DNA of 64,000 nt from Hydrolagus affinis (Eukaryota), in contig JAAILG010000163.1 of assembly GCA_012026655.1 (NCBI GenBank), positions 62,001-126,000 of the forward strand, read 5' to 3'. Below, in pieces: positions 50,257 through 63,160 of the stretch. Position 1 is the first letter of the stretch, and each line of letters opens with the position of its first letter. The notes beneath the pieces are model-generated. The model had not been told where the DNA came from, ran no database searches, and saw only the letters and a list, made by a program, of their open reading frames with translations. Both the position numbers and the translations under genes were made by a program.

Positions 50257-50832
50257 CAACAACAACAACGAGATTACATTGGTGTAACACCTTTTATGTC
50301 AGGAGGACGTCCCAAGGCTCTACGGTCAGTGTCTCGGTCCCGAGCTGGGGGTCGAAATCGAGGAGAGTGGAGGGACCGGGGATTGACCGATGGCACCTTC
50401 GAAGAGGAGGGTCTTCAGGCGCGACTTGAAGGAGGCTAGGGAAGAGGTGAGCAGTAGGGATTGTGAGATGGAATTCCAAGTATTGGGGGCAGAGTTGCTG
50501 AAGGCTCGCCCGCCAATGGTGGGGCAGCTGGGTCAGGGGACATGGAGCAGGCTGAAGTCCACTGAACGGAGGAAATGGGCAGATTTGCAGGGGGTCAGGT
50601 GGTCGCAGAAGCAGGGTGGGGCAAGGCCACGGAAGCTTTGAAGGTGAGAGCCAGGATCCTTAACTGTATCCTCTGTCTGATGGGAAGCCAGTGGAGTCGG
50701 ACGAAGATAGGGGTGATAGGGTCACGAAGCCTGGTGAGGGAGAGGACACGAGCTGCAGAGTTCTGGATGCTCTGCAGCCTATGGAGGGAAGAGTTGGGAA
50801 GGCTAACAAGCAGAGAATTTGCATAGTTTGCA
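50257..50832 (-). mobile_element. L2 LINE 3' fragment
   Basis: YANSLLVSLPNSSLHRLQSIQNSAARVLSLTRLRDPITPIFVRLHWLPIRQRIQLRIL is the L2 ORF2 signature; (caa)n tail at 50257. Confidence 0.95.
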
Positions 50833-50909
50833 TAATCAATCACAATAATGTGATTGTGCTTTTTGTTTTTAAAAGGATAAATGCTCTGATTCATCCCAAC
50901 ATTGGAGTC

Positions 50910-50978
50910 ACTCTGTGAAGCGTTTTGAGGCGTCTTGAGGTCGTGAGAGGGCGCTGTATCAAATGCAAAGATTACTAC
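50910..50978 (+). mobile_element. SINE 3' tail
   Basis: ctgtgaagcgttttgaggcgtcttgaggtcgtgagagggcgctgtatcaaatgcaaagatta. Confidence 0.8.
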
Positions 50979-51281
50979 AATAGTATTAATCTCTCCTAAT
51001 CTTTAAAATTTATATATTAATTTGTTGGTGATTTTTTAAAAAAAAAAATCTTTCAGCTGAAGGACGTTGAGTACTTTATCATTACCAAGCTAGAAATGGA
51101 CTGCTGGCTGTGCATTGGTGGTATGATACAGGTTGAAACTACGGAGGCTGCTGCAGTATTCACCAGACGCACAAGAAAGGAACGCTGTCCTGTAAATAAG
51201 CAAGCAGCCTCGCAATATTTTGACTTGTATGAAATCTACTGACGTGCTCGTGGAAAGGCGAGACCCTTCTCCCGCAGCCCC

Positions 51282-51347
51282 CATTCCCCCTCCCCCTCCT
51301 CCTCCTCCTCCTCCTCCTCCCCCTCCTCCTCCTCCTCGTCCTCCTCC
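51282..51347. repeat. (CCT)n simple repeat
   Basis: Direct inspection. Confidence 0.95.
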
Positions 51348-51361
51348 CACACAAACCACCA

Positions 51362-51610
51362 CCTTCATTTGTGACAGAAGGGTGATGCGCTTGTCAAAAT
51401 TTTTGATGACCTCAAATTGCGTCCGGAGCAGCAAATGTCATTCTTTTGTTCTGAAGCCTGCAGGTCACTCGCGGAGCATTGCTGGTGTGATCATGGAGGG
51501 CTCGTGATGAATTGATCTTACATTTTCATAATCATTGAACCCCTACTGATTATTCTGCATGTTAAAAAATTTTTTCGCCACAATGCAGCTCACTTCAACA
51601 GCCCTTCACC
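51362..51610. promoter_or_regulatory. candidate conserved enhancer
   Basis: Repeat-free, CpG-retaining block with gtgacaga, ttgtca, atgtca and tgatgaat motifs, bracketed by C-rich tracts. Confidence 0.4.
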
Positions 51611-54600
51611 TCCACAGGATACATAAAAACTCGGGCTGACATTATATTGTTCCCCACCACCCACCCTCCTCCATTCCCTTCCCCATAATTACCTAAACGT
51701 TCTCTTTAGAGTTTTGGCCCTGATTTAATCATAGCCAACCAAGAATGCCTACTGTTTTTGATAAAGCAGTGTTATGTATACCAGCCTTAGTGTTTCCACA
51801 GTACAATAATGCGGCATTGTGGGGATCCAGCGCTGTGGGAGTTTAATGCAGGGGGCTCATCAGCAATTTCTGGTCAAGTTAGGCAATTGAAATGTAAATA
51901 GGCATCACCTTCCCCCCACCTCTATCAGATATTGCAATAATAATACAGATTCAACACCCGCTCAGGACTGAGGACTTAGAGAATTATACTTCAAAGAAGT
52001 GTAGCAAATGATTCTGAAGTGAAAATGCTCTTAGGATTTAATTTCATCAGCAACATTGCAGAAACAAAATCACATGTATTTAAGCGCGTCCAAATGTCTC
52101 TCTCTGTCTCTATAGATATGACCACTCTTTTATTCTTGGCTATCGCCATAAATTGTCAAGAAAACAAATATCAGAATATTGAACAATTGTTTCTCTCTAG
52201 GGCTCTGTATTCTGGTGCTTTTAATTCTGTTTATCTGCGTTTAACTGGAATGACAGTACAGGACACTATGGGCAAATGAATGTGCAATGTAGCCTAAGGC
52301 TCTTATCAGCAAAAAAAAACAAAAGTGTGTGACCATGCATACCAAGGAAGAATGTGTGGTCATGTAGTGTCAAAAATTAATGCGTAATATCCCAGTGTGT
52401 TTAAAAGAAAATGAGTCAAATGTTTTGAGCTGGGTGTTTTTGTACAATTGTTTCGACTTAAAAATTCTCTTTTGTGCTATTGTTTTTCCGTTGAGTGAAA
52501 TTTGTGTGAAAATGAAATCCGTTGAGGGAAATTAATTGGGAGACACAACCGGGTTGGGATTTGGATCGTAAGACTGAGTGCAACACATTCATTTTAACTT
52601 CCAGCAGTCAGTTCAGAAAACCAACTCTGCCTTGAATTTTTGGTTGAATTCACAAGAATAGTAGTTGAACAAAGAGAGACACTGCCTATCCTTAGAAATA
52701 CTTGTAATTAAGCTATCAAAGTAAATGCAATGGAATTTACGCGCTGGCAATGACTAAATGAATACTCCAAAGAAATTATAAAATAGTTCATTTAAAGAAC
52801 AGGAATGCGCATTACAATAAATATTAGTATTTAAAGACCTTTTACTGTTTAATTTTATTGCTCCTCTTTCTTTGAAAAATACATAAGATAATGGATCCTC
52901 AAATGAACTGACTGTTTTTTGTAACAGATACATATTTATTCCCTGGTTGAGAGTTTGGCTGTGTTTAGCGGCATGTGATCAGACAACACCGTCTGCAGCA
53001 AAGTTGCTTTTTTGATGAACGTAACCGTGGTATCACATTATCTAAATGCACTTTGGGCAGCTTGCATGTATGAATTATAAATTAAGGGACATATGAGACA
53101 CAGGCATGATAATACGAGGCAAAAAGAATCAGTATATATATATCTATATGTATGTTATGCCTTGCACATCATTCAAACTATCCAGCAGTACAGGAGGTAA
53201 ATACATGACAGCCTTAGAGACAGCAAACCACAGTCATGCCCTTACCAATGTGAGAGGTCATGTCCATGAAACATAGACTTATTTCCTATTTTTTGTGTGA
53301 AATGTGATAGCACAAATGAGTTGGAAAAGTGGGGGGAAAAAGTCCTGTAAATTAAACAGAGGAACAATGCAAAAAGCGTGGGCTGAGCAAATATTTGAAA
53401 TGAATTGTATAATTTCAGAGAACAGACTTTCTGGGTGTTTTTATTCAACTCGCATTTCTACAAATATCATGAAATTTTGATGGACACGAATGTACAGTAT
53501 CTTCTTTCTCTCTCTCTCCCATTGACACTCTTACTTTATACCTGTATTTGAGAATAAATGACAGATTGTCTCCAAAGAACAGCAACGAATTGCACACATA
53601 ACCAGCGATCAGAGATTTCCATACTTCACAATTTAACATTAAAAAACATTGACCTGATTCCATGCATTAATTGTAAATATCAAGCCCCCAAATCAAACTT
53701 ATTCTCCTGAAGGGTTTTGAATCTTAAAAATATAGTTTGCTTACATAAGACCTAAATGTAAATTGTAAAACGTGTATCCTTGCTGATATTTTGATGTATT
53801 ATTTTAGAGTGATTCTAGATTATGCCATCAACATTTGTGTTAAGGATATTAATATTTTGTTACATTTATATTCTATATTTTCAATGCAATTGTAGAGCAC
53901 ATCACTCTGAATAAACAGGGAATTTGGGAGGATCCTAGGATTGAAATTATATTAATGAAGTACTATAATAAAAAAGCAGACAATGCTAAATTGTTGGATT
54001 GTTTATCTTAGTACCATCGGATGAAAGATGTTAATCAATTTATTATTAATGCAATTGTTTCATTAACAATTGACCCTGGCATGTAAAATCGTTCAATTAC
54101 AATTTAAATCGCAGTAATCATGTAATGCTGAAATAGTTCTACTTGTTTCCAACTGAACATTTTCCTTTGGCCACAATATATATGTTGGTGCCTACTGCAG
54201 TATATCTTTGTCTGTGAGAAAGTCAGTAATTTTTCTTCGTTAGACAATGAAACACTTTCCTTCGTTAATAAGGTAAACCTCTCAAGGAATGAAGGCTGGT
54301 AATTTTAGTATCTTTTTTAAGCATTGTAATTTGGGGGGCTAATTTTTTTAATATAAATCACGGTTCGTAGAAATCAAATTGCTTTGCTATTTTACAAGTG
54401 CAACATTGCCATGCAGAGATGTGTGTTTCAAAGAGTTCAGCCATGAAACAATTCTAGTTTTCAGTAGCTTTAAGTGATATGTACCCAATTGTAATTTGAT
54501 TTTAAATGGTTTAGTGTTTTTTTTTCGTAATCTCTGCAGCAAATGCAGGAAAAATTAAGTGACTTTAGTAAACACTAATTATGTGTTTACTAAAGACATC

Positions 54601-55129
54601 ATTTTGTAACACTTTTGGTGCCTAAATACAAGGATACAAAGAAAAATCATACACACCTGATAAGCAACTGCCCTGTATTCCCTGATTGTAAAATAAGCTC
54701 CTTGTTCATTTCAGTCAAATAAATAAGAAAAATGATAATAGAGTTGGAGGGAATAAACTTAAGGTGTTTGGTGGTAAGTCTGCTTATAACAAAGTATAGA
54801 AAGCCAGTGTTATTAGTTAAAAAGCATTTTAAATGTAGCACATTCTGCATAAACATAGAAAATTCTTATTAAATGATGGACTCGTTTCTTTATGACAATA
54901 GATCTTTTTTTGATTTAAAATTCTGCTCCATTAAATGATGGAAGTAATGCAATCAAGAGCGTATAATTTTCTCATGAATCACCTGTTTGTGCAGAACCGG
55001 AGTTGGAATTGGTTAGGAGAAAGAATTGGTTTGGAAATTCACACTTAGCAAAAAAAAAAAAAAGGTCCCTCCACTCCCTGCTCAACAAAAGAAATCAAAC
55101 TTCCCCGAAAATGAGATGCTCCGTCACAC

Positions 55130-55450
55130 AAAAATAAGAAATCTGCCAAATGCTGAAATATTAATTTGTTTGCCATTGTTTCCCCAGCCTCTTTTCCGGG
55201 CCATTTGGGATGGCATGTAAATATTTGACTGTTGTGGTAGACCCTTGCAAAAGAGCTCAGTGACATCGGATTAATTTGTGTCTCATGCATTATGATGGGG
55301 TACCAAATATTTAACAGCTGGTCCTGAGCCTGATTGAATCAAAATATTGTTTTTACAAGTTGATGAAAGCTTGATTGATATGGTGCCAGGGATCTTTTGA
55401 TGGATTAAATTGTGTATACAGATTACAGCATGAAGACCAATACTAGATAT
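55130..55450. promoter_or_regulatory. candidate conserved enhancer
   Basis: TGATTGAT at 55372-55379, TGATGGAT at 55398-55405, GGATTA sites; lies in a region of about 7 kb (51000-58100) with no SINE recognised. Confidence 0.4.
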
Positions 55451-55524
55451 GTGATTTTTTTTCAGATGTAAAAAAAAATTCCTTCTAGATTTCTTCAATC
55501 TTTTGGAACAGATGCAGCAAGGAT

Positions 55525-55590
55525 GCTCTCTCTCTCTCTCTCTTTCTCACACATGCACACACACACACACTCTCAGTCTCTGTCTCTCTT
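55525..55590. repeat. (CT)n(CA)n compound microsatellite
   Basis: Direct inspection. Confidence 0.9.
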
Positions 55591-58151
55591 TCTATTTTAT
55601 TTTCAGTTTAAAGCAATTCCCTTATTGAATGAAATCCTCAATTTAGCAAATGTAATCCATGTGCACCCTGAATTTATTCGAACCCATTAAGGTATCTTTA
55701 TTTTGTTTTTTAGGAAACAAAAGAGGAACAATTGGATTAAGTGCAATAAAAGGAATTGAAATTTCACAAAAAAGAGTCTTTTATTTGTAGAAAATTTGAA
55801 GATTTCTGCTGTTAACGCACACAAGAGAATGAGAATATTTTGTCCCTTTTTGTTTCTTTTTTTAAATTATTTTCAAGATACTTCATGACATTCAGTTGTT
55901 AATCCAACAATTTCACAAATGCTTTAAAGTGCAACAATTTTGTATTCCTTTTGAAAAGTTTTAAAATACACTCGAAGTCTCTTTGATTTCTAAACGATTT
56001 AAAACATACAAATTAACCCCGATTTAATATCAGCAAATTAATTCTTCATGCATTTACTAGCTATGTATAAAAGTAGTTAGGTTATCAAGGTACAGTAATT
56101 GTTTTAATTGTTGAAGGCAGCAGATAAAGTTGAATTAAAAGGACAGATTAATATCATTTGATTTTTATTTGCCCTCACATCTTTGACTATTGTTACAGTT
56201 TTACACATGGATATTTCATTGCTCAGTTAAACACGCATCTGTATAATTCGTTCAAGAGAATTCAGGTTTGCTTGTTTTCTTTAGTATCGAGAGAATTGTA
56301 AGTGAGCATTAATTTTGAGAAAGTATTCGATGAGGAGCAGATCATTTGGAAAATAGAATGACACAAAGGAGGAACAGGAAAGTTTGTTTTATATCAAAGC
56401 ACACAGTGCCTGAACAGTAACACCCAGTGAAATGAATACCTGCATTGAGCTCAAGCATGTGAAATTATATTTTATTCAGGGAATTTGAGAATTCACATTA
56501 TATCAGTGGAAATTTAAAACACTGAATACAAATGAACTAAATAGGCCAGACTGATACACAACAAATAAACTGAATACATAAATAATTATCACTTATCCTT
56601 TTATTGAGAATTTGATTTCATAAATGTTAAAGTATTACAGAAGAACAAAGTGAAATGATTCGAAATTCTAAATTTTGTTGTAGATTTATTTTGCCAACCT
56701 GATTTGGGAGTGGTAATTCAATGATTCAAAATGCATCAAATAAAATGCCTTAAAAATAAGATATATAACAGAAGTGTGGATATAATAGAGGGGGAAACAT
56801 TTTAATAATTTATCAATATTAACAAAAGGCCACAGCACAGAAATCAATTTTTTACTGGGAATTATTTCCATTTTTAGTGGTAAAAAGGTGTGTTTTTGAT
56901 TCAAATAAAAAGGCTGAGGCAATGCTAGTTTATATCATAAAACGTTATGAAGGAAGCAAGCAAGCAGCATGTTTCATAGCTTCTGGTTAACCTGCTAAAT
57001 CTGAAGAGCATGTAGTCCTTAACTTAACAAATCTTTAATCCTGATTTAAGGACCAGCACATTTTGGCAGTTTTAAAGGGGAAAAAAAAACAATGATCTAA
57101 AAGATATTTTTTTATTTGTGATATTTAATCGAGAATTGTAGACATACAATGCATTATACATGCTGGTTTCTACCAATATATTGCTGTAATAAAGTATTTT
57201 TTTCCAAAATGCATTGTAATACTAAAGAAGATGGGCTTAAATTATACATGAACTGTGGGCTGGATGAATTCATTCAGTGCACACTGTAGGTGAATCTTGC
57301 CTTGACCTTGATAGCCTGGGTTGTATAGAATAACAGTTTGGTGAAATGATCGGAAATTCTACCATTTTAAATGCTTTGTCCAGAGGAGCTGATTTCAGCA
57401 CTACTTCCGAAAAAGATATTGAAATTGGCTTTTCAAACAGTAACTGATTTTTCTCTGGAGCATGAACATTTGTTGAGTATATCGGTTTGCGTATGGGTTC
57501 ACTAATTTATTGAGAACATTTAACAACAGTCTTAGTAGAAAATAGCTGCAATGCTACACAAAGCAATTTAGAAGTATTAAGCATCTGTATCAGGGTGGAT
57601 TTGTATTTATTGATCATGATTATATAAAAGTAATATTCTGAACTGGATTGGAAAGGACATGTGCCACTAAGTGAAACATGCTTTCATGGATTTTGAAAAT
57701 TAAAGTTGGAATGTAGAGCTTAATAGCAGAAACAAAGTCTTGGGTCATTTCATAACTGAAGCATAATCATCATGCTTTGTGAATTATTAGATTTGATATT
57801 AACACAATATCACCTGCGTGAATAGATTTCTTTCAAATTCCCCATACTGTTAACAAAACCAAACAGAAAAATATATTCCTCCAATGGCAGGGAAATCCTT
57901 TTAGATTCAAAAATCCTTGCAACCAGGAAAGCTTTAATATCTGTATTTAAATATAAGCAGCTGAGATAATCTAGTCTCATTTATAAAGAGGGCACCTGAG
58001 CAGACAATTTGTTTCAGAAAACCCCCCTGCACCCACTCCCCATCACAAAAACACACTTTAATTCTGTTTTTTCATCTTATTTAGTTTCCGTTGATTTAAA
58101 AAAAATTAAGTGATACACGTGGCTACACATTCAATGGAATATTGGCTTTGT

Positions 58152-58355
58152 GACTGACACCAGGAAGTATTTCTTCACCCAGAAGGTGATTAATGACTGG
58201 AACAGCTTGCCATGAGCGAGCGGTTGAGGCCAGAATGCTGGACTCATTTAACACAAAGCAGTTTGGTGTAGTGATGGGAAGCAGTGAAGGTGAGTGTTCT
58301 GGAAGGATGAGAGCAGATAGATTAAAGGACTTTCTTCATCTGAACCATTCTTGTG
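58152..58355 (+). mobile_element. CR1 3' end
   Basis: aggaagtatttcttcacccagaaggtgattaatgactggaacagcttgcca encodes RKYFFTQKVINDWNSLP. Confidence 0.85.
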
Positions 58356-58369
58356 AGCTTTACAATATA

Positions 58370-58460
58370 TTTACACTTTACAGTATATTCTGAGAAGCGC
58401 TTTGTGGCATCTCAATGATGTGTTAAGGCGCTGTATCTAATGATTGTGATTACCATTATC
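58370..58460 (+). mobile_element. SINE 3' tail
   Basis: cactttacagtatattctgagaagcgctttg..aaggcgctgtatc. Confidence 0.8.
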
Positions 58461-58634
58461 ATATCTCGTGCACATACCCCCAGTGGGTTTTCAACCCCTT
58501 CACACTTTCAGGACACAATAACCACATCAATGGTGACATCGTATGAAAACAAAAAGTGTTCGTTCAAATGATCAAATTAGTAAAACGACAGAGCGACAAA
58601 GGTTATTAAATATAACAAATTAATTAATCAAGCA

Positions 58635-58796
58635 GCTGTAATTTTGAAGCCGTTTCCCCACCTCCCACCCAGGTGTACTTTATTTTGGAAAGAACGATTT
58701 CAAAGTTAACACAAAATTCAACGTTTTGCCAAATTCCGGGCACTCTGAAATCCTGCGTAAATAGAGCCAATCTCATCCCCCGGCGGAATTGCTTCC
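58635..58796. mobile_element. palindromic MITE-like element, family P copy E (right part)
   Basis: ttcaaagttaacacaaaattcaac..gccaaattccgggcactctga..cgtaaatagagccaatct..ggcggaatt aligns with about 5552-5647. Confidence 0.7.
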
Positions 58797-59044
58797 TGTG
58801 AGCTCTCCAGGTGCAGAGCTCCTGATCGAAGCAGAAATGTTCCTTTAATTTTGTGACAGCAGGGGGCTGCTAGTGACCATTACATCTCTGCTCTCACACT
58901 GCGTCACTGGGCATTTCTGATTTCTCACACGGTGAAATATCAGACCTTTAAGCAGTTGAATTAGCAACCAGGTGTACATGTGTGCATGTCTGTCTGTGTG
59001 CAAAAACAACTGTCTTGAAACATGACCATTTCTGGTTTTATGTT

Positions 59045-59250
59045 AACAACAACAAAATTACACTTGTATAGCGCCTTTCACATCAGGAGGACGTCCCAAG
59101 GCGCTGGACAGTCACTGTGTCACATGCACCTCTGGCATTCACGACTTGGTATCATCATAAAATAATTCTTGCATTTGATATAGCGGCTTATCAGAATATA
59201 CTGTAAAGTGAATTGACTGTAGACGTTGTGGGCGAAACTTGTGGTGCTCA
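59045..59250 (-). mobile_element. L2 tail (59045-59112) followed by SINE tail (59155-59250)
   Basis: caacaacaaaattacacttgtatagcgcctttcacatcaggaggacgtcccaaggcgct; cttgcatttgatatagcg..cagaatatactgtaaagtgaattgact. Confidence 0.85.
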
Positions 59251-60094
59251 CAGCATTCCGTGCTCTTCCCAAAGAATGAAACACTTTATTCAATCTGAGC
59301 TAACTTTTCTCCAAAGTCTCTGAAAACATAATTGTTTTTAAATCTATTCATTCAAGTCATACGGATAAGTCAGCCCATTTTGATTATTTTTGCATTAGCG
59401 TCAACCTTTAGAATGTCACTTTTGCTCAAACACAGCGTTTTGACTCTCTCTTTGGAGGTGGAGGCCACATAGCTCCTTAGCTGGGAGGGCAAGATTACAC
59501 TGGACAGCAAATTAGAAAAAAGAACAGTTCAGTGGTGGTCTGTGACTGTCCATGTGACTGTCCCACAGAAAGTGCAATTTGAACAGCATTAATCATAGAG
59601 TATCGGTCTCATTGTTACCTCGCTGGTGTGTTAACTGCTTTTAGTAGCTTAGCTTCTGAATAAAGCTACCAACTGAAGAAAGATACATCCTTGGAACACA
59701 ACCCTGGGCTCCTCTGGCCTGGGGCAGAATAGAATTTACTTAGAAATACTGTTCTCTGCAAAACAATAAACACCACTTGTCCACTCCAAAGCTACCTACG
59801 CATTGGGAGAGATCAGCCCTGTGGATTTCTCGTTACGTTTACCCTGACTGCCCCCACCTCCTCGTTCCCATTTTACCCAATGCCAACACAAGACACTCTT
59901 GATTGCATCTCTCATCTTGATCGTGGGTGGGAAGAGGGGAAGCAAAAACTGGTGAAGTACGTCAGACATTTCTTGCGTATAAAATCTAAAATAAGTAGAG
60001 CAATCAAAGTCTTCAGGAGAAATGCAGTAAATGACAAACGACAACTGAAAAGGTTTTTTGGTTTTTTTGCTGCCACATTCTGAATACACAATTA

Positions 60095-60265
60095 GGGGAT
60101 AGGAAATCCACCTGTGTCTAGATTTACTCTGTTAACATAACATTCCAGAACCTCCAGAAGATGGCAAATCCTTAAATACGTTTTTTACTTTTGAAGCCTA
60201 TTTTTGGTAAATCTCTTGTAAGAATTATGGAAAAATGCCTTGAAAGATTGAATTCAACAATATTT
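60095..60265. mobile_element. palindromic MITE-like element, family P copy D (right end missing)
   Basis: ggaaatccacctgtgtctagatttactct..ttttgaagcc..gtaaatctct..aagaatta..gaattcaacaat. Confidence 0.7.
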
Positions 60266-61639
60266 CATAGTTTGCTTGTTCTAAAATTCAAATAATCTAC
60301 TGATGGGATTTCATTCCACAGATGTTTGTGAGGTACTGGATTACACTGAGGCTTTTTGAATTCTACAGAGTATTGGAGTGTATTTGCCAGTCTGACTTCC
60401 AATGATGCTGCCTTTTGCACACCCTACACTTGTCTTAAAATTTCAGTTTATATACAAATCAACTGTCGTTTGCAGTTCAAACTTTTTATGGATCTGTAAA
60501 AGTGTAGTGCATTGCGTGAAATAAATATTTTCAGCACAAATGTATACATATATATATATAGTAATAGAATGCATAAGTTAAGAAAATACAGAAAGTGCAT
60601 TTGTTTCTGAAGGCTTTAAATACAACGCTATGTGGCTTGGGAATAAGATGCAGTCATTTTTTTTAAAACAATGTAAAAGACTGCTCCACAGTTCATATAA
60701 ACACCAGCCTGGAGGCCAATAAAGTGTGAATAGCATTGAAGGAAGAGTTCCCAGGCGGGTTTATCAACGGTTTTAAAATGTTTTGTAAGACAGCAGCCTG
60801 TCGAGCTAACAATATTGAACGAAGATGGGGAGATCAAACGTGTCGATAAGAGAGATCCCATCTTATTAACGCACTCAGGAAGCAAGATTAAAAGCAAGTG
60901 CAGTAAGAACATTTTTCCCTTTAGTGCCACGTTATGGATGCAATTAGATGTTGGACAAAGCAGTGGATTATATTGAGCCTTTCTTTATCCAACTGGCCCA
61001 AAGGTATTTATGACTCTTACTACTGTACTATCAACTGCGGTGTTGAGAAGCTGGTGAGGTGGTCACTCAGATGTGGTGAATCCATACACTGGGAGTCAAA
61101 TCTTACTTACAGCTGCTTTACCTCTCAACAATGTGAGTGAAATAAAGGTCAGACCTTGGTCTAAACAGCAACAAACTGGGAACTCCTCAACACATCAAAT
61201 TTTTCACCCAGAATGATTCCTCTTGTCCAATGCTTCACTGTTTTTATTTAGGATTATGATGCACAGAGAAGCCTTGATGGGAACGTGGGCTTTTTTCTGC
61301 TCTGTCTATGTGTCAATGTATATAAACTGCACTCAGTATTCCTCAATCAGCAATCAGGAATATGTGATGACAAGTTAATGCATGACAATTTGGATTGAAG
61401 TGATTCATAGACACCTGGTTCCTTGATTCATGAATGCTTTAAAACTTCCAGGTTACCAAAACATGGGTGTTTGTGAGACTTTAATCAATAGTACATTATT
61501 CAACATCAAAGAGCTCCAATTAATTCCAGTTTAGCAACTTAATGCAGTCGTTAATCTTGAAACTCAGACATCTATTGTGTTCAAGCTTATGAACTGTCCT
61601 TTCAATCTCTTGTTTTTGTTCTTCCTGATGACAGATCAA

Positions 61640-61792
61640 ATTGCTGATCATTTGTTTCATGATTGCTCGTGGACTGTTGCTATGTACAAATTGGCTAGCA
61701 ATTTGCCAATACACAGTCACTACACTTAGCAATAAACCCTCAGATGTTTTAATGATGTAATAAGATGCTATGCCATATTCAAAGGTTATTAT
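61640..61792 (+). mobile_element. Deu-SINE 3' half
   Basis: ttgctatgtacaaattggct..acacagtcactacactt..ttcaaggttatt. Confidence 0.6.
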
Positions 61793-61924
61793 GACACAGA
61801 CACTGGGTCTTGGCCAACTAGTGAGAAGTTCATACAATCTGCTTAAAATACAACAAATGTATTCACCAGCATGAGGTGCACAACCTTAGAATCCATTCTA
61901 AATCCAGTAAAAGTTTTAATTAAT

Positions 61925-61980
61925 CATTTTAATCCTTGCATTTGATATAGATCTCTTCACGTCTTCTAGATGTCTCAATG
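61925..61980 (-). mobile_element. SINE 3' tail
   Basis: aatccttgcatttgatatag..cacgtcttctagatgtctcaa. Confidence 0.75.
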
Positions 61981-62334
61981 TAATATGAATGCTCATGCTA
62001 AAAGTTTGCTGAATCTAACTTCAAAGAGAATCGGGGAGAGAGAGTAGGTGTTTGAAAATTGCAAAAATGTTTTGAATTTAAGTGAAGTCAAGAGACCTGT
62101 GTCAGGGCCATCGTTCACTCTTGTTGCTGCCTTCCGATAGTTACAAATTGTGGTTCTGCCTGTTGGTGTGTTATTGCTGTGAAGCATTGATTGAATTATT
62201 GCATCGAATATTTGATGAAATATTTATATAAAAGAGCTGAACTTTATTTCGCTGAATGGAAATTCAGGTATCCCTGATTTGGGAAGAATTTTGAATGATA
62301 GATTTGTAGAGAAGTAACCTCCTCACAAGATACA

Positions 62335-62450
62335 CAAAGTGTAGTGACTGTGTATTTGTCGGCAAATGTGGCAGCCAACTTGCGTGTAACAAACATCCTA
62401 CAAAGAACAGTGAAGTGAATGACCAATTGTGGGCCAGGATACCAGGAATG
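62335..62450 (-). mobile_element. Deu-SINE fragment
   Basis: aagtgtagtgactgtgtatttgtcggcaaatgtggcagccaacttgcg..aatgaccaatt..ggccaggatacc. Confidence 0.75.
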
Positions 62451-62839
62451 AAACACATTAGCCGCACATTGTGACATCAGCTTTAAAGTTTAAAAGATTC
62501 AAAAGGTTCTTGGCCATCACTGCAGACTTCACGACAAATATGGGATCTATAGTTTACCGCAACCTAAACCACAAAAGGACATCAAGCTGGATAGCTCATG
62601 TTCCAGAGTGTGAGTTATGAGGTCCAGTACACAAGATGGTTTACTTTTCAGTGTTGAGAGCTAATCATACCATATCCAATTTCTGCCACGTGTTAGTTTG
62701 TTTTTCATTTTTTGTTCGTATGGACATTTCTATTGTGCAAAGCAGAAAGGTACATATGCCAACTGGGAGAACGTCCAGAAGACCATCATTCATATATTGG
62801 CTGTTGTGTAATGAATATCACGGCACAGTGTACATTACA

Positions 62840-63160
62840 TGAAGGGATTTTGTAATTGGAAGCTGAAAAGGCAAATTGTGTTGGTAGCATGAACGGCCCA
62901 AGGGATGAAAGTTTGAAGGCCATAAGAGTGCAAAGCTTGGATGTGAGGGACCGATGTGGGTCAGGAAATCAGAGGCAAGCACTTTGTGGGTCTTGAGAAA
63001 ACTGTGGGGCTTCATGTCAATGAGTTGGGAATAATGTTCTAGTTTCTTGGAGATGTTAAAGACACAATCTGGCAGGTCAGAGTCAAAACCTAGTAGGAGG
63101 AATGGTTTTGGATGGGAACAATTAGGAGTTGCGAGTAAGGCTTGAGTTTGGCTGAATCAA
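62840..63160 (-). mobile_element. possible highly decayed L2 ORF2 remnant
   Basis: Purine-rich plus strand like the L2 at 50257; faint peptide resemblance only. Confidence 0.3.

Noticed and set aside
51090-51507. Poly-Pro / poly-Gly / poly-Arg ORFs
   Set aside because: Artefacts of translating the (CCT)n repeat; no splice context or domain
397-62450. CRISPR-like recurring motif (aatccttgcatttgatatagcg)
   Set aside because: Dispersed, in both orientations and irregularly spaced: these are SINE tails, in a eukaryotic context with no cas genes
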